The position numbers and the translations under genes are program-made. This document shows positions 49,214 through 60,893 of a DNA stretch of 64,000 bases, one piece after another. The notes under the pieces are model-generated. The model had not been told where the DNA came from. It saw nothing but the letters and a program-made list of their open reading frames with translations, and did no database searches. Position 1 is the first letter of the stretch. Each line of letters starts with the position of its first letter. Source of the DNA: Gammaproteobacteria bacterium (GTDB taxonomy: Bacteria; Pseudomonadota; Gammaproteobacteria; UBA6429; Thiohalophilaceae). Where the stretch lies: contig JAUVEN010000003.1 of NCBI GenBank assembly GCA_030594815.1, positions 2,936-66,935 on the forward strand, in the 5' to 3' direction.

Positions 49214-49945
49214 TTAAAAATATCGACCAATTTTTTTGACACGCTTTAAGAAAAATTTTGTTCGGGTTTTTGGATTATGTTTTACAGGGGCTGGCAATGT
49301 TGCTGCAAGTTCAACAGCTTGTTTGACAGATAAACGTGAAGCAGGAATACCCCAGTAGTATTGAGCTGCGGCATTGACACCATAAATACCACGACCAAAC
49401 TCAACGATATTTAAATATAACGTTAGTATACGTTTTTTACTTAAGTTACGTTCCATGCCTAGTGTTAAAACAAACTCATGCCATTTACGAAAAGGATTAC
49501 GTGATGGACTTAGAAAAATGTTTTTAATGGTTTGTTGAGAGATAGTACTGCCACCATATATAAAACGCTTTTTTGACAGGTTATATTCCATCACTTCTTG
49601 TAACGCATCCGTATCAATTCCGCTATGTGAATAGAATCGAGCATCCTCAGCAACAATAAGCGTGCGTATCATGTGCTTGGGGATTTTATTTATAGATACC
49701 GGTTGCCAGTGTAAACGTGGCCAGTCTCGGTGACGGTAATGTTGAGATATATAATTTCTTATGAAATTAGATTGTTGTACAGGACCTTCTGCATATATTT
49801 TCCAATCTGGCCAAATTCCAATTAAATAGCCTGTGTCCATTACAAATATAAGTAAAAAGACTTTCCAGCTTATTTTAAATGTCTTGACAACATTGGGTAA
49901 GGATAAAAACTTTTTGGATGATTTTTTTACTTTACTAAAAAACAT
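49214..49945 (-). CDS. mtgA: Monofunctional biosynthetic peptidoglycan transglycosylase
   Basis: 243 aa with an N-terminal TM helix and GT51 motifs (VAEDARFYSHSGID, GGSTISQQ, RILTLYLN..EFG.GIYG). Confidence 0.88.
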   Translation of the reverse strand: MFFSKVKKSSKKFLSLPNVVKTFKISWKVFLLIFVMDTGYLIGIWPDWKIYAEGPVQQSNFIRNYISQHYRHRDWPRLHWQPVSINKIPKHMIRTLIVAEDARFYSHSGIDTDALQEVMEYNLSKKRFIYGGSTISQQTIKNIFLSPSRNPFRKWHEFVLTLGMERNLSKKRILTLYLNIVEFGRGIYGVNAAAQYYWGIPASRLSVKQAVELAATLPAPVKHNPKTRTKFFLKRVKKIGRYF

Positions 49946-49950
49946 AAAGG

Positions 49951-50688
49951 TTAACTTTTAAATTCTTTTATATACATTTTAGTGGCGCCAGCAACAGCAA
50001 TAGGCATAACCAGGAAGTTAATAATCGGGATTAATGTTGCCAACATAACTACACTACCAAAACCTAAAGACAGAAACCTTTTTTCTGCCAGCTTTTCTCT
50101 TATATGACGAAAAGCAACGCCATGATTTGCCATGGGGAAGTCAGCATATTCTAAAGTTAATACCCATATTGTATAGAGCATCCATAGCACGGCTACTAAT
50201 GGAGAAATAAGGGGGAAGGCAAGTGATATTAGCGAGAGAAATGCCAGCGGCATCATTAAATATAATGAATATTTTAGTTTGATGAATTCATTACCAATTG
50301 CGAATCGGGCTTCTTCAATAAATTTTTTAGTTGAAGGTAAATCATCTTCACCGGTAAGATGCCGTTCAACAGCTGCAGCCAATGGGCCATTAAAGGGAGC
50401 AGCAAGAATATTAGCAATAATAGAAAAGCTAAAAAAAACTAGGCCGTAAAAAGTTAATGCAAACAGTGGCCACATAATCCATTCCAGCCAGCCTAACCAA
50501 CTGGGTAGATCAGACAGTGCCCAGGCAATAAATATTTCAAATTGATTTATTGCAAACCATAAACCGGCACTAAAGATTATGATGTTAATAAGTAATGGCA
50601 TTAATACATAGCGACGAATCTTGTTTGTATTTACTAAACCTAAGCCACTTAGAAAGTAAGATGCGCCAGAAAAGGGGTTGCTGATCAT
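49951..50688 (-). CDS. cysZ: Sulfate transporter CysZ
   Basis: 245 aa and colinear with E. coli CysZ as I recall it (..AAPFNG.LA..VE..LTG.., ..Y.D.P..NH...F......L...). Multi-TM. Confidence 0.85.
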   Translation of the reverse strand: MISNPFSGASYFLSGLGLVNTNKIRRYVLMPLLINIIIFSAGLWFAINQFEIFIAWALSDLPSWLGWLEWIMWPLFALTFYGLVFFSFSIIANILAAPFNGPLAAAVERHLTGEDDLPSTKKFIEEARFAIGNEFIKLKYSLYLMMPLAFLSLISLAFPLISPLVAVLWMLYTIWVLTLEYADFPMANHGVAFRHIREKLAEKRFLSLGFGSVVMLATLIPIINFLVMPIAVAGATKMYIKEFKS

Positions 50689-52019
50689 TTATTGTCTCTT
50701 TTATTTAAATAATTTTTTGCTGCTAGCATTGCCGATCCATATGCTGCTGCAGTGTGTGTTGCTATTGTAACGGGAATGCCAAGCTTATGTTCCCTGATTT
50801 TCTGCCAGGCAATATTAGTTGCACCACCACCTGCTGTTTGTATAGATGTTGGATAAGGCGCTCCCAGATCTTCCAGTAATTTATATCCGGTATGCTCTAT
50901 ATCTGCAATGCCTTCTAATAAGCCCTGAAAAAATAATACATCATCATTTACTTTTGGTGAACTGCGGGGTGCTAATTCAGGATCATTAATTGGAAAGCGT
51001 TCGCCCGGTTCAATTAAAGGATAATAATTTAAGTTAGTCGATATATCTGGCTTGAGTTGTTTTGTCATTGCCAGCATTTGTGCATCGTTAAAATAATAAT
51101 TAAGTACTGCACCACCTGAGTTGGATGCTCCACCTACTAACCAATATTCACCATATGGCTGACTGTATACACCATGAGCGGGATCATTGATTGGAAAGTT
51201 ACTAATTACTTTTAAAACTAACGTTGATCCTAATGAAGTTACCGCCTGGCCAACTTTATTTAAGCCACTGGCCATAAACGCCGCAGTGCTGTCCGTTGTA
51301 CCGGCAATAATTTCTACATCAATTGGTAGCCCGAGTTCACTGGCAACTTGTGAGTTTATATTTGAAATAACGGTTCCGGGTGAAACTACTTCCGGTAAAC
51401 AAGACAGGTTGATTTTATGTTCGCTTAATAAATCTTTTAACCACAAAGGCCAGATTTTATTAAGCGGGTCGAAACCTGTTTTTAAAACATTATTAAAATC
51501 ACTGGTAGCAAAGTTTTTAGATAACTGACCCGTAATCCAATCAGCCTGATGCACGATATGAAAATGGTCTTGAGGTCGATGATGTTCCAGTAACCATAAG
51601 ACCTTTGCTAAACCACTCGTCGCACTTAATACGACTGAATCTTTCGGTGCATATTGTTGCAGATAATTTGCCTGAGGCTGAGCACGTTTGTCATCGTACA
51701 TCAACGCAGGTGACAGAGGTTGTCCGTCATCATCACACAACAATACCGTGCCAGAGGTGCCGTCAATCGCGATGGCCTGAATATGTTGATGGTGTACAAG
51801 AGAAGTTATGTCTTGTATGACGGACCGGGTTGCCTGCCACCAATCATGTGGTGTTTGTTGCTGGTGTTTAATTTGACTGGGGTAGGTAAATTTTGATTGG
51901 GCAACGATGTTCCCGGATACATCAATGGCAATGGCCCGGCACCTGGAGGTGCCAAGATCAATACCAATAAATAGAGAAGAAGGACGAGTCAGTATAGACG
52001 AGTAACTTTTATCTGACAC
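50685..52019 (-). CDS. FGGY-family carbohydrate kinase
   Basis: 444 aa with an N-terminal GIDLGTS actin-like ATPase motif and a C-terminal GGGA motif. Its stop overlaps the cysZ start as ATGA. Confidence 0.75.
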   Translation of the reverse strand: MSDKSYSSILTRPSSLFIGIDLGTSRCRAIAIDVSGNIVAQSKFTYPSQIKHQQQTPHDWWQATRSVIQDITSLVHHQHIQAIAIDGTSGTVLLCDDDGQPLSPALMYDDKRAQPQANYLQQYAPKDSVVLSATSGLAKVLWLLEHHRPQDHFHIVHQADWITGQLSKNFATSDFNNVLKTGFDPLNKIWPLWLKDLLSEHKINLSCLPEVVSPGTVISNINSQVASELGLPIDVEIIAGTTDSTAAFMASGLNKVGQAVTSLGSTLVLKVISNFPINDPAHGVYSQPYGEYWLVGGASNSGGAVLNYYFNDAQMLAMTKQLKPDISTNLNYYPLIEPGERFPINDPELAPRSSPKVNDDVLFFQGLLEGIADIEHTGYKLLEDLGAPYPTSIQTAGGGATNIAWQKIREHKLGIPVTIATHTAAAYGSAMLAAKNYLNKRDNK

Positions 52020-52039
52020 GATGCTCTCTTTTAAGTTAT

Positions 52040-52429
52040 TTAGGGAAGGGTGACGTACTCAGGTGCTTTCCAGCTCGGGTCACGATGCTCAGCAACAACC
52101 TCAGTGTAAAGACCGCCACGAACATTGAATTTGCCGGTTAAGCGCATAAAACGTGGCTGAGTGGCTTTTACCAAATCATCAAGAATCATATTAGTCACTT
52201 TTTCATGAAAATGGCCTTCGTCACGAAATGCCCAAATATAAAGCTTTAATGCTTTCAGTTCGACACACTGTTTATCGGGCACATATTCAAGGTGGAGAGT
52301 CGCGAAATCGGGCTGGCCCGTTTTTGGACACAAACAGGTGAACTCGGGCATATCAATGCGAATGGTGTAATCACGTTCTGGCATTGGGTTATCAAATGTT
52401 TCTAAATCTTTAGTAGGTTGGGTAGACAT
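52040..52429 (-). CDS. queF: NADPH-dependent 7-cyano-7-deazaguanine reductase, short (type I) form
   Basis: 129 aa with [17 protein letters not shown] (catalytic Cys) and the HE motif region (..FHE..). Confidence 0.88.
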   Translation of the reverse strand: MSTQPTKDLETFDNPMPERDYTIRIDMPEFTCLCPKTGQPDFATLHLEYVPDKQCVELKALKLYIWAFRDEGHFHEKVTNMILDDLVKATQPRFMRLTGKFNVRGGLYTEVVAEHRDPSWKAPEYVTLP

Positions 52430-52523
52430 TTATGTTCTCTAAATTTACTGAATTAAAATTGGATGTTCGTTATGTTGGATTTTAGCACTGATTTTAATTT
52501 GAGGTTGATTAAAAAATATCAAC

Positions 52524-52603
52524 GTAGCCCGGATGCAGCGTAGCGGAATCCGGGGTGGTGCGGCAATGATCCCCCGGATTCCATTTTATTTCATCCGGGC
52601 TAC
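52524..52603. repeat. REPIN-like inverted REP doublet, GTAGCCCGGATG family (second copy)
   Basis: GTAGCCCGGATGCAGCGTAGCGGAATCCGGGG [16 nt] CCCCGGATTCCATTTTATTTCATCCGGGCTAC. Confidence 0.8.
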
Positions 52604-52774
52604 AAAAAAACAGTGTGCCCAGCGTGTTCCCATTAGGTTCAATTCAATAATTTATTTGTACTAATGACAAATTGAACGTTTTTTCACCAGATTTGGCATT
52701 TATTTTCATTCGGCATAGCTTGAATGTGAAGTCAATGTTGTGCGAAGTATGGGGGATAGATTATCCTTCCGCTC

Positions 52775-55700
52775 ATGCGTTTAAGTAAATTAAAATTAGC
52801 GGGATTTAAATCCTTCGTCGACCCAACTACCGTTGAATTCCCAAGCCAGTTAAGTGGTGTTGTGGGGCCAAATGGCTGTGGAAAATCCAATATTATTGAT
52901 GCCGTTCGCTGGGTAATGGGGGAATCCTCTGCCAAGCATTTACGTGGTGAGTCCATGGCGGACGTTATTTTCAACGGCTCCACAGGGCGTAAACCTGTTG
53001 GTCAGGCTTCAATTGACCTGATTTTTGATAATTCAGAAGGCAAGCTAGGTGGTGAGTATGCCAACTTTAGTGAAATTGCCATTAAACGTACCGTTACGCG
53101 TGATGGACACTCTGTCTACCATCTAAACGGCACTCGCTGTCGCCGACGTGATATTACCGATATTTTCCTTGGTACAGGTTTAGGCCCACGTAGTTACGCA
53201 ATCATCGAGCAAGGGACCATCTCTCGTCTGATTGAAGCTAAACCAGAAGAACTTCGGACTTTTCTTGAAGAAGCTGCCGGTATTTCAAAATATAAAGAGC
53301 GTCGTCGTGAGACAGAAACCCGAATTAAACATACCCGTGAAAACCTGGAGCGTTTAAGTGATTTACGTGATGAATTAGATAAGCAACTTGCTCGTTTAAA
53401 ACGCCAGGCAAATACCGCTGAAAAATATAAAGTCTTACGTGAAGAAGAACGTTTGTTAAAAGCACAATTAACCGCATTGCGCTGGTTGCTTAAACAAGAT
53501 GAAGCAGAAAAAACCGAAGCACAAATTCGTGAGCAAGAAACAGCGCTTGAGTCGGCGATTGCACGCCAACGTAGTATAGAAGCTGAAATTGAATCACAAC
53601 GTGAGTCACATACAGAAGCGACAGATAAATTTAACGAAGTGCAAAGTCGTTTTTACAGTGTTGGTACTGATATTGCGAAAATAGAACAGTCTATTCAACA
53701 TGCAAAAGAACGTCGTCAACAACAACAACAAGATTTAACCCAGCTTGAACAAGACTGGCAAGAAGCGCATGCGCATCATGAAACAGATCAAAAACGTTTA
53801 ACAATCGTAAAAGAAAGTCTCGCAGAAGTTGAACCTAAACTTGATCATTTACAAGAAACTGCAGAAATGTCATCGGCTGCCTTATTAGAAGCAGAAAGTG
53901 CGATGCAAGCATGGCAAAGTGAATGGGATAGTTTTAGTGAAGCCGCAACTGAACCTGCACGCAATGCAGAAGTTGAACGTACACATATTCAACATGTTGA
54001 AGAACATTTACAGCGTCAACAACAACGTTTAGAACGACTACGAGAAGAGTTAGGCAAGCAATCTCATGAACAATTAATTAGTGAAAGCGGTGAGCTTGAG
54101 CAACAGCTGCAAAAAGATGAAGCTGAGATCAAACAATCAGAAGCAATTCTGGAAGAAAAGAAAAGCCAAATTGGTCAGTTGCGTGATTCTGTTCATTCAT
54201 TAAATACACAGCTTGATGAATCTCGCGGTAAGTTACAGGATTTACGTGGACGTAGTGCTTCACTTGAAGCGTTGCAACAGGCTGCTTTAGGTAAAGAAGA
54301 AGGTGCGGTTACGCAATGGTTGAACAATCAGCATCTTCAGGATGCGCCTCGTTTAGCCGAAGAGCTTGAAGTTGAAGCTGGTTGGGCTAAAGCAGCAGAG
54401 TGTGTTTTAGGTGAGCATCTTGAAGCAGTATGTGTTGATGGTGTTGATCCTTTAACTGACGTTCTGGAAAGTTTTGAAGAAGGCACCTTAACATTATTCG
54501 ATACCCGTGCTGAATTAAGCAGTAGTTCTATTCAGGCGGATAGTTTAGAAAGTAAAATTAAAGCGCCGTGGAAATTAACCAGTCTTTTAAAAGGGGTGTT
54601 GGTTGCTGATAGTTTACAACAAGCATTATCAATGCGTGGAAACTTGCAAGATGGCGAATCTGTCGTCACAAGTGAAGGTATCTGGTTAGGTAAAAACTGG
54701 TTACGTGTTGCACGTGATAAAGATGAAAAAGCGGGTATCTTACAACGTGAGCAAACGTTGAAGACACTAACGGCTGAAACAAATGAATTACAAGCCATCG
54801 TGCAACAGGTTCAGCTACAACTGGAAACTGAACGTGAACAACTTAGTACTGCAGAAATGGATCGTGATGGCAGTCAGATGACCATCAACCAGTTATCACG
54901 TCAACGCGCAAACCGTCAGTCTGATTTAAGTGCACGTCAGGCTCGTTTAGAACAAATGCAAACACGTCAGGAAGAACAACGTGTTGAAGCTGAAGAAGTT
55001 CGTTTAGAAGTTGAAAAAGATAATCAGGATCTTGCTATATCACGCGAAAAATTAGAAGTTGCAGTAGAAGCGATGGCGAAGCTTGAAGAGCAGCGTGTTG
55101 AACTTCAACAACGTCGTGATACTTGTCAGGACAGTTTACGTTCTAAACGTGAACAAGCACGTGTTGAACGTGATGCAGCTCATGAAATCAAAGTACGTAT
55201 TGAAACGCTTCGTGCAGAATTGAATTCAACAGAGCAAGCTTTAGAACGTATGCAGGAACGTCAACAACAACTTTCAAGCAGACGTGATGAGTTACTAAAA
55301 GCTGCAGAAGAAAGTGATGCACCTATTGACGACATGAATAAAGAGTTAGCAGTATTGCTTGAGACTCGAATCAAAGTTGAAGAAGAATTAACCCAGGCAA
55401 GAACGGCGGTTGAAGCCATTGATCATCATATGCGTGAGTTAGAAGAAGCGCGCTCAGGTGCTGAAAATGGTGTTCAGGAAGTTCGTAGTGGACTGGAGTC
55501 TATTCGTATTGGCTGGCAAGAAGTAAAAGTTCGACGTCAAACTTTAGAAGAAGCAATTAATGAAACCAGCTTTGAGCTAAAGACATTGATTGATGAAATG
55601 CCTGAAGGTGCAAATGATTTTGCATGGGAACAGCAGGTTGATGATTTAGAATCAAAAATTCAACGTCTGGGTCCAATTAATCTTGCTGCAATTGAAGAAT

Positions 55701-56281
55701 ATGAGCAAGAAGCAGAACGTAAACAATATCTTGATGATCAAGATAAAGATTTAACCGATGCATTAACAACATTAGAAAATGCAATTGCAAAAATCGATGC
55801 TGAAACGCGTACTCGTTTTAAAGAAACGTTCGATAAAGTAAACAGCGGTGTTAAAGAACTGTTCCCTCGATTATTTGGTGGTGGACATGCTTACCTTGAA
55901 TTAACCGATGATAATTTACTGGATGCCGGCGTTACAATTATGGCGCGCCCACCAGGCAAACGTAACAGTACTATCCATTTATTATCAGGTGGTGAAAAAG
56001 CACTAACGGCTGTTTCATTGGTATTTGCTATATTCCAGTTAAATCCTGCGCCATTCTGTATGCTTGATGAAGTTGATGCACCATTGGATGACGCTAATGT
56101 TGGACGTTTCTGTGACATGGTGAAATACATGTCAGACAAGACCCAGTTCATTTTCATTACGCATAATAAAATCACCATGGAAATTTCTCAGCATTTAACG
56201 GGTGTTACCATGCATGAGCCGGGTGTATCTCGTCTTGTTGCAGTTGATGTTGAGGCAGCAGCGGAATTAGCATCAGCGTAA
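52775..56281 (+). CDS. smc: Chromosome partition protein SMC
   Basis: 1168 aa with an N-terminal Walker A (GPNGCGKSNIIDA), long coiled coils, a hinge, and a C-terminal LSGGEKALTA signature and Walker B (CMLDEVDAPLD). Confidence 0.95.
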   Translation: MRLSKLKLAGFKSFVDPTTVEFPSQLSGVVGPNGCGKSNIIDAVRWVMGESSAKHLRGESMADVIFNGSTGRKPVGQASIDLIFDNSEGKLGGEYANFSEIAIKRTVTRDGHSVYHLNGTRCRRRDITDIFLGTGLGPRSYAIIEQGTISRLIEAKPEELRTFLEEAAGISKYKERRRETETRIKHTRENLERLSDLRDELDKQLARLKRQANTAEKYKVLREEERLLKAQLTALRWLLKQDEAEKTEAQIREQETALESAIARQRSIEAEIESQRESHTEATDKFNEVQSRFYSVGTDIAKIEQSIQHAKERRQQQQQDLTQLEQDWQEAHAHHETDQKRLTIVKESLAEVEPKLDHLQETAEMSSAALLEAESAMQAWQSEWDSFSEAATEPARNAEVERTHIQHVEEHLQRQQQRLERLREELGKQSHEQLISESGELEQQLQKDEAEIKQSEAILEEKKSQIGQLRDSVHSLNTQLDESRGKLQDLRGRSASLEALQQAALGKEEGAVTQWLNNQHLQDAPRLAEELEVEAGWAKAAECVLGEHLEAVCVDGVDPLTDVLESFEEGTLTLFDTRAELSSSSIQADSLESKIKAPWKLTSLLKGVLVADSLQQALSMRGNLQDGESVVTSEGIWLGKNWLRVARDKDEKAGILQREQTLKTLTAETNELQAIVQQVQLQLETEREQLSTAEMDRDGSQMTINQLSRQRANRQSDLSARQARLEQMQTRQEEQRVEAEEVRLEVEKDNQDLAISREKLEVAVEAMAKLEEQRVELQQRRDTCQDSLRSKREQARVERDAAHEIKVRIETLRAELNSTEQALERMQERQQQLSSRRDELLKAAEESDAPIDDMNKELAVLLETRIKVEEELTQARTAVEAIDHHMRELEEARSGAENGVQEVRSGLESIRIGWQEVKVRRQTLEEAINETSFELKTLIDEMPEGANDFAWEQQVDDLESKIQRLGPINLAAIEEYEQEAERKQYLDDQDKDLTDALTTLENAIAKIDAETRTRFKETFDKVNSGVKELFPRLFGGGHAYLELTDDNLLDAGVTIMARPPGKRNSTIHLLSGGEKALTAVSLVFAIFQLNPAPFCMLDEVDAPLDDANVGRFCDMVKYMSDKTQFIFITHNKITMEISQHLTGVTMHEPGVSRLVAVDVEAAAELASA

Positions 56282-56290
56282 TTTTTTACT

Positions 56291-56353
56291 GTATTTCCCC
56301 CTCCCTCAGGGAGGGAGGGGCCAACCCTCCCCTTAAAGGGGGAGGGAATAATC
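56291..56353. repeat. Short member of the CCCTCCC/GGGAGGG palindromic element family
   Basis: GTATTTCCCCCTCCCtcaGGGAGGGaggggccaaCCCTCCCCttaaaGGGGAGGGAATAATC. Its termini are related to the element at 38006..38151. Confidence 0.7.
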
Positions 56354-56411
56354 ATTAAAATTTAACACTTGAATTTCTTAACTTAAAACTGTTATTGGTT
56401 AGGCAAATAGT

Positions 56412-57170
56412 ATGGATTCATTACGTTTAACCTTAGTCATTATTGGATTAGTTGTTGTTGTCGGGATTTATATTAAATTCCGTTCATCCGATGAAGATTT
56501 AATTCTATTGTTAAAAAAATTATTTAATCCTGTAAATAAAAAAATCACGTCATCGGAACATACTGTTTTGGATGAAGATGATCTTATTCCTGTTTTAACC
56601 CCAATTGAAGACGAGCCGGACTTTAGTGATTTCGAAGCATTAAGCAAAGTCATTTCCGGACGTGATCGTGTTGAAGAATATACAAAACAACAAGAAATAA
56701 CATTTACCGCGGTTGAAGATACAACTGAAACAGGTCCTGAATCTCTTCTTATTATTTTATATATTATGTCGCCTAAAGGTCATGTCTTTACCGGAGAAGG
56801 TATTCACGCAGTTATGACTTCAGCAGGATTAAAACATGGTGAACATCAGATATATCATTATTTACAGGACAATATGGCAGTTTTTAGTATTGCAAATGCT
56901 GTTGAGCCTGGTTTTTTTGACTTAACAAATTTAAAAAATGTGACAACCCCCGGGCTTGCTGTATTTTTACAATTACCTGGTCCAGTTGAATGTCGAAGAG
57001 CATTAGATAATTTGCTGGAAATAAGTAAACGGCTTGCAGAAGCATTAAGTGGTGAGTTGTGTGATGAAAACCGCAGTGTGCTGACACAACAAACTATTTC
57101 TCATTTAAAAGATAAAGTAGAAACTTATCGTCTTAAACAACAGACGTCTCAACGTCAAAAGCGACATTAA
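56412..57170 (+). CDS. zipA: Cell division protein ZipA
   Basis: 252 aa with an N-terminal TM anchor (LRLTLVIIGLVVVVGIYI), a charged linker and a C-terminal FtsZ-binding-type domain. It sits in the conserved smc-zipA-ligA position. Confidence 0.85.
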   Translation: MDSLRLTLVIIGLVVVVGIYIKFRSSDEDLILLLKKLFNPVNKKITSSEHTVLDEDDLIPVLTPIEDEPDFSDFEALSKVISGRDRVEEYTKQQEITFTAVEDTTETGPESLLIILYIMSPKGHVFTGEGIHAVMTSAGLKHGEHQIYHYLQDNMAVFSIANAVEPGFFDLTNLKNVTTPGLAVFLQLPGPVECRRALDNLLEISKRLAEALSGELCDENRSVLTQQTISHLKDKVETYRLKQQTSQRQKRH

Positions 57171-57282
57171 GAGACCATTACACGAATGCTACGAAGCCAG
57201 ATTACTACGTTTACCCTCCACGATGTAAATAAATGTGGGGCACGACGAAAACCTTTCAAAAGTGCCCTGAGTATTGTTGTAA

Positions 57283-59418
<2,136 letters not shown>

Positions 59419-59525
59419 ATTACTAAAAATTGCAAAATAAAGTATTAAAGATGCGTTAATTGTTATAATTTTAATTCAAGACTATTATTGAAGTTATTCA
59501 ATAATTAAGATTTATCGAGAGAGAA

Positions 59526-59930
59526 ATGGGCACATACAAAAACAAGATTGTTGATAATATTATATGCGGTAAAATTACAGGCGAATTAAATGCTTCGCTT
59601 GCAAATGAATGGGTCGAAAAACTTGAAGAGCAGGAAGCATCAACAAAAGAAACGTTACACCGGTTTTATGATGTAAGAGATATTAATGCAGTGCACCTAA
59701 GTTTTGATGACCTTTGGAGTATTGCACAACGACGTTTAGATGCTTATCAGGCAGGTGATGCAAATTTGTCAGCTTTTTGGGTGAGTACACCACTTAACTA
59801 TGGTGTTGCAAGAATGTATCAAGCCTTAACGGACGGAACACCTTTTAAGATTGAAGTTTTATATAAGTTAGAAGAGGTTGCAGATTTTCTTGGTGTTGAT
59901 ATCAAACTACTGGAAAATGTTAGTTATTAG
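59526..59930 (+). CDS. Hypothetical protein
   Basis: 134-aa ORF with a GAGAGAG ribosome-binding-site-like tract upstream. I recognise no motif. Confidence 0.45.
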   Translation: MGTYKNKIVDNIICGKITGELNASLANEWVEKLEEQEASTKETLHRFYDVRDINAVHLSFDDLWSIAQRRLDAYQAGDANLSAFWVSTPLNYGVARMYQALTDGTPFKIEVLYKLEEVADFLGVDIKLLENVSY

Positions 59931-59997
59931 CTTTGTCATAAATTCCATTTCATAATTAGTATTTTAATTTGTATTCAGTTATTTAAGGATTTTCGGG

Positions 59998-60882
59998 TTG
60001 GCAACAGATTTATTGCAAATAAAAAACCTGGTTAAGCATTATCCATCCGTTAAAGCTGTAAATGGTATCGATATCACTTTACGAACGGGTATTTGTTTTG
60101 GTTTATTAGGTCCTAACGGTGCGGGTAAAACAACAACCGTAGAAATACTTGAGGGTATTATTCAAGCAACCTCAGGCGAAATTCTTTACAAAGGAAAACC
60201 TTTAGGGGATCAGTTTAGAAAAGAGGCCGGGATCATGTTTCAGTCCACGGCATTGCAAGATTACATTACTGTTCGTGAAACGTTAGAAATGTTTGCTAAT
60301 TTTTATCCTCAGCATGCTGATTTAGAAAATTTAATTATTCGTTGTAATTTAACTGAATATCTCGATCAGGATAATCGGGAGTTATCTGGTGGCCAACGTC
60401 AACGATTATTGTTAGCGATTGCCCTGGTTAATAATCCAGATATTATTTTTCTTGATGAGCCTACAACGGGTTTAGATCCCCAGGCACGAAGAAATTTTTG
60501 GGACTTAATTAATGATATTAAATCAGAAGGTAAAACAGTTGTTCTAACGACACATTATATGGATGAGGCATATAACCTTTGTGATGAAATCGCAATTATG
60601 GATCATGGGAAAATAATAGCGCAGGGCACGCCAAAGTCACTACTGGAAGAAAACTTCAATGATGTGGTATTACAATTACCCAAAGCAGAATTAAAAGACT
60701 TTGATTTATCATCATATACAACACACGAACGAGATGGACATATAGAAATTACGACCTGTGATGTAAATGAAGTCATATCAGCCTTAATTAAAAATAGAAT
60801 TTCACTTTCTCTGTTACAGATAAGACCAAGAACCCTGGATGATCTTTTTCTGCAACTTACTGGAAAAGAACTCCGGGCTTAA
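59998..60882 (+). CDS. ABC-2-type exporter ATP-binding protein
   Basis: It has Walker A GPNGAGKTT, signature LSGGQRQR and Walker B IFLDEPTTGLD. TTG start. Confidence 0.85.
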   Translation: MATDLLQIKNLVKHYPSVKAVNGIDITLRTGICFGLLGPNGAGKTTTVEILEGIIQATSGEILYKGKPLGDQFRKEAGIMFQSTALQDYITVRETLEMFANFYPQHADLENLIIRCNLTEYLDQDNRELSGGQRQRLLLAIALVNNPDIIFLDEPTTGLDPQARRNFWDLINDIKSEGKTVVLTTHYMDEAYNLCDEIAIMDHGKIIAQGTPKSLLEENFNDVVLQLPKAELKDFDLSSYTTHERDGHIEITTCDVNEVISALIKNRISLSLLQIRPRTLDDLFLQLTGKELRA

Positions 60883-60893
60883 TTGGAAGTATT

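Noticed and set aside
52430-52523. A possible preQ1 riboswitch upstream of queF
   Set aside because: I read the minus-strand leader and found no preQ1-I/II-like core: no conserved C-rich stem followed by an A-rich tail ending in the ribosome-binding site. Only a weak 6-bp AT-rich stem is present. An Rfam scan would settle this.
52643-52690. A GTTCAATT-n25-AATTGAAC inverted repeat plus a T-run upstream of smc, as a possible terminator
   Set aside because: The large 25-nt loop and AT-only stem make it a poor terminator, and there is no upstream plus-strand gene. It is possibly an operator, but there is no supporting evidence.
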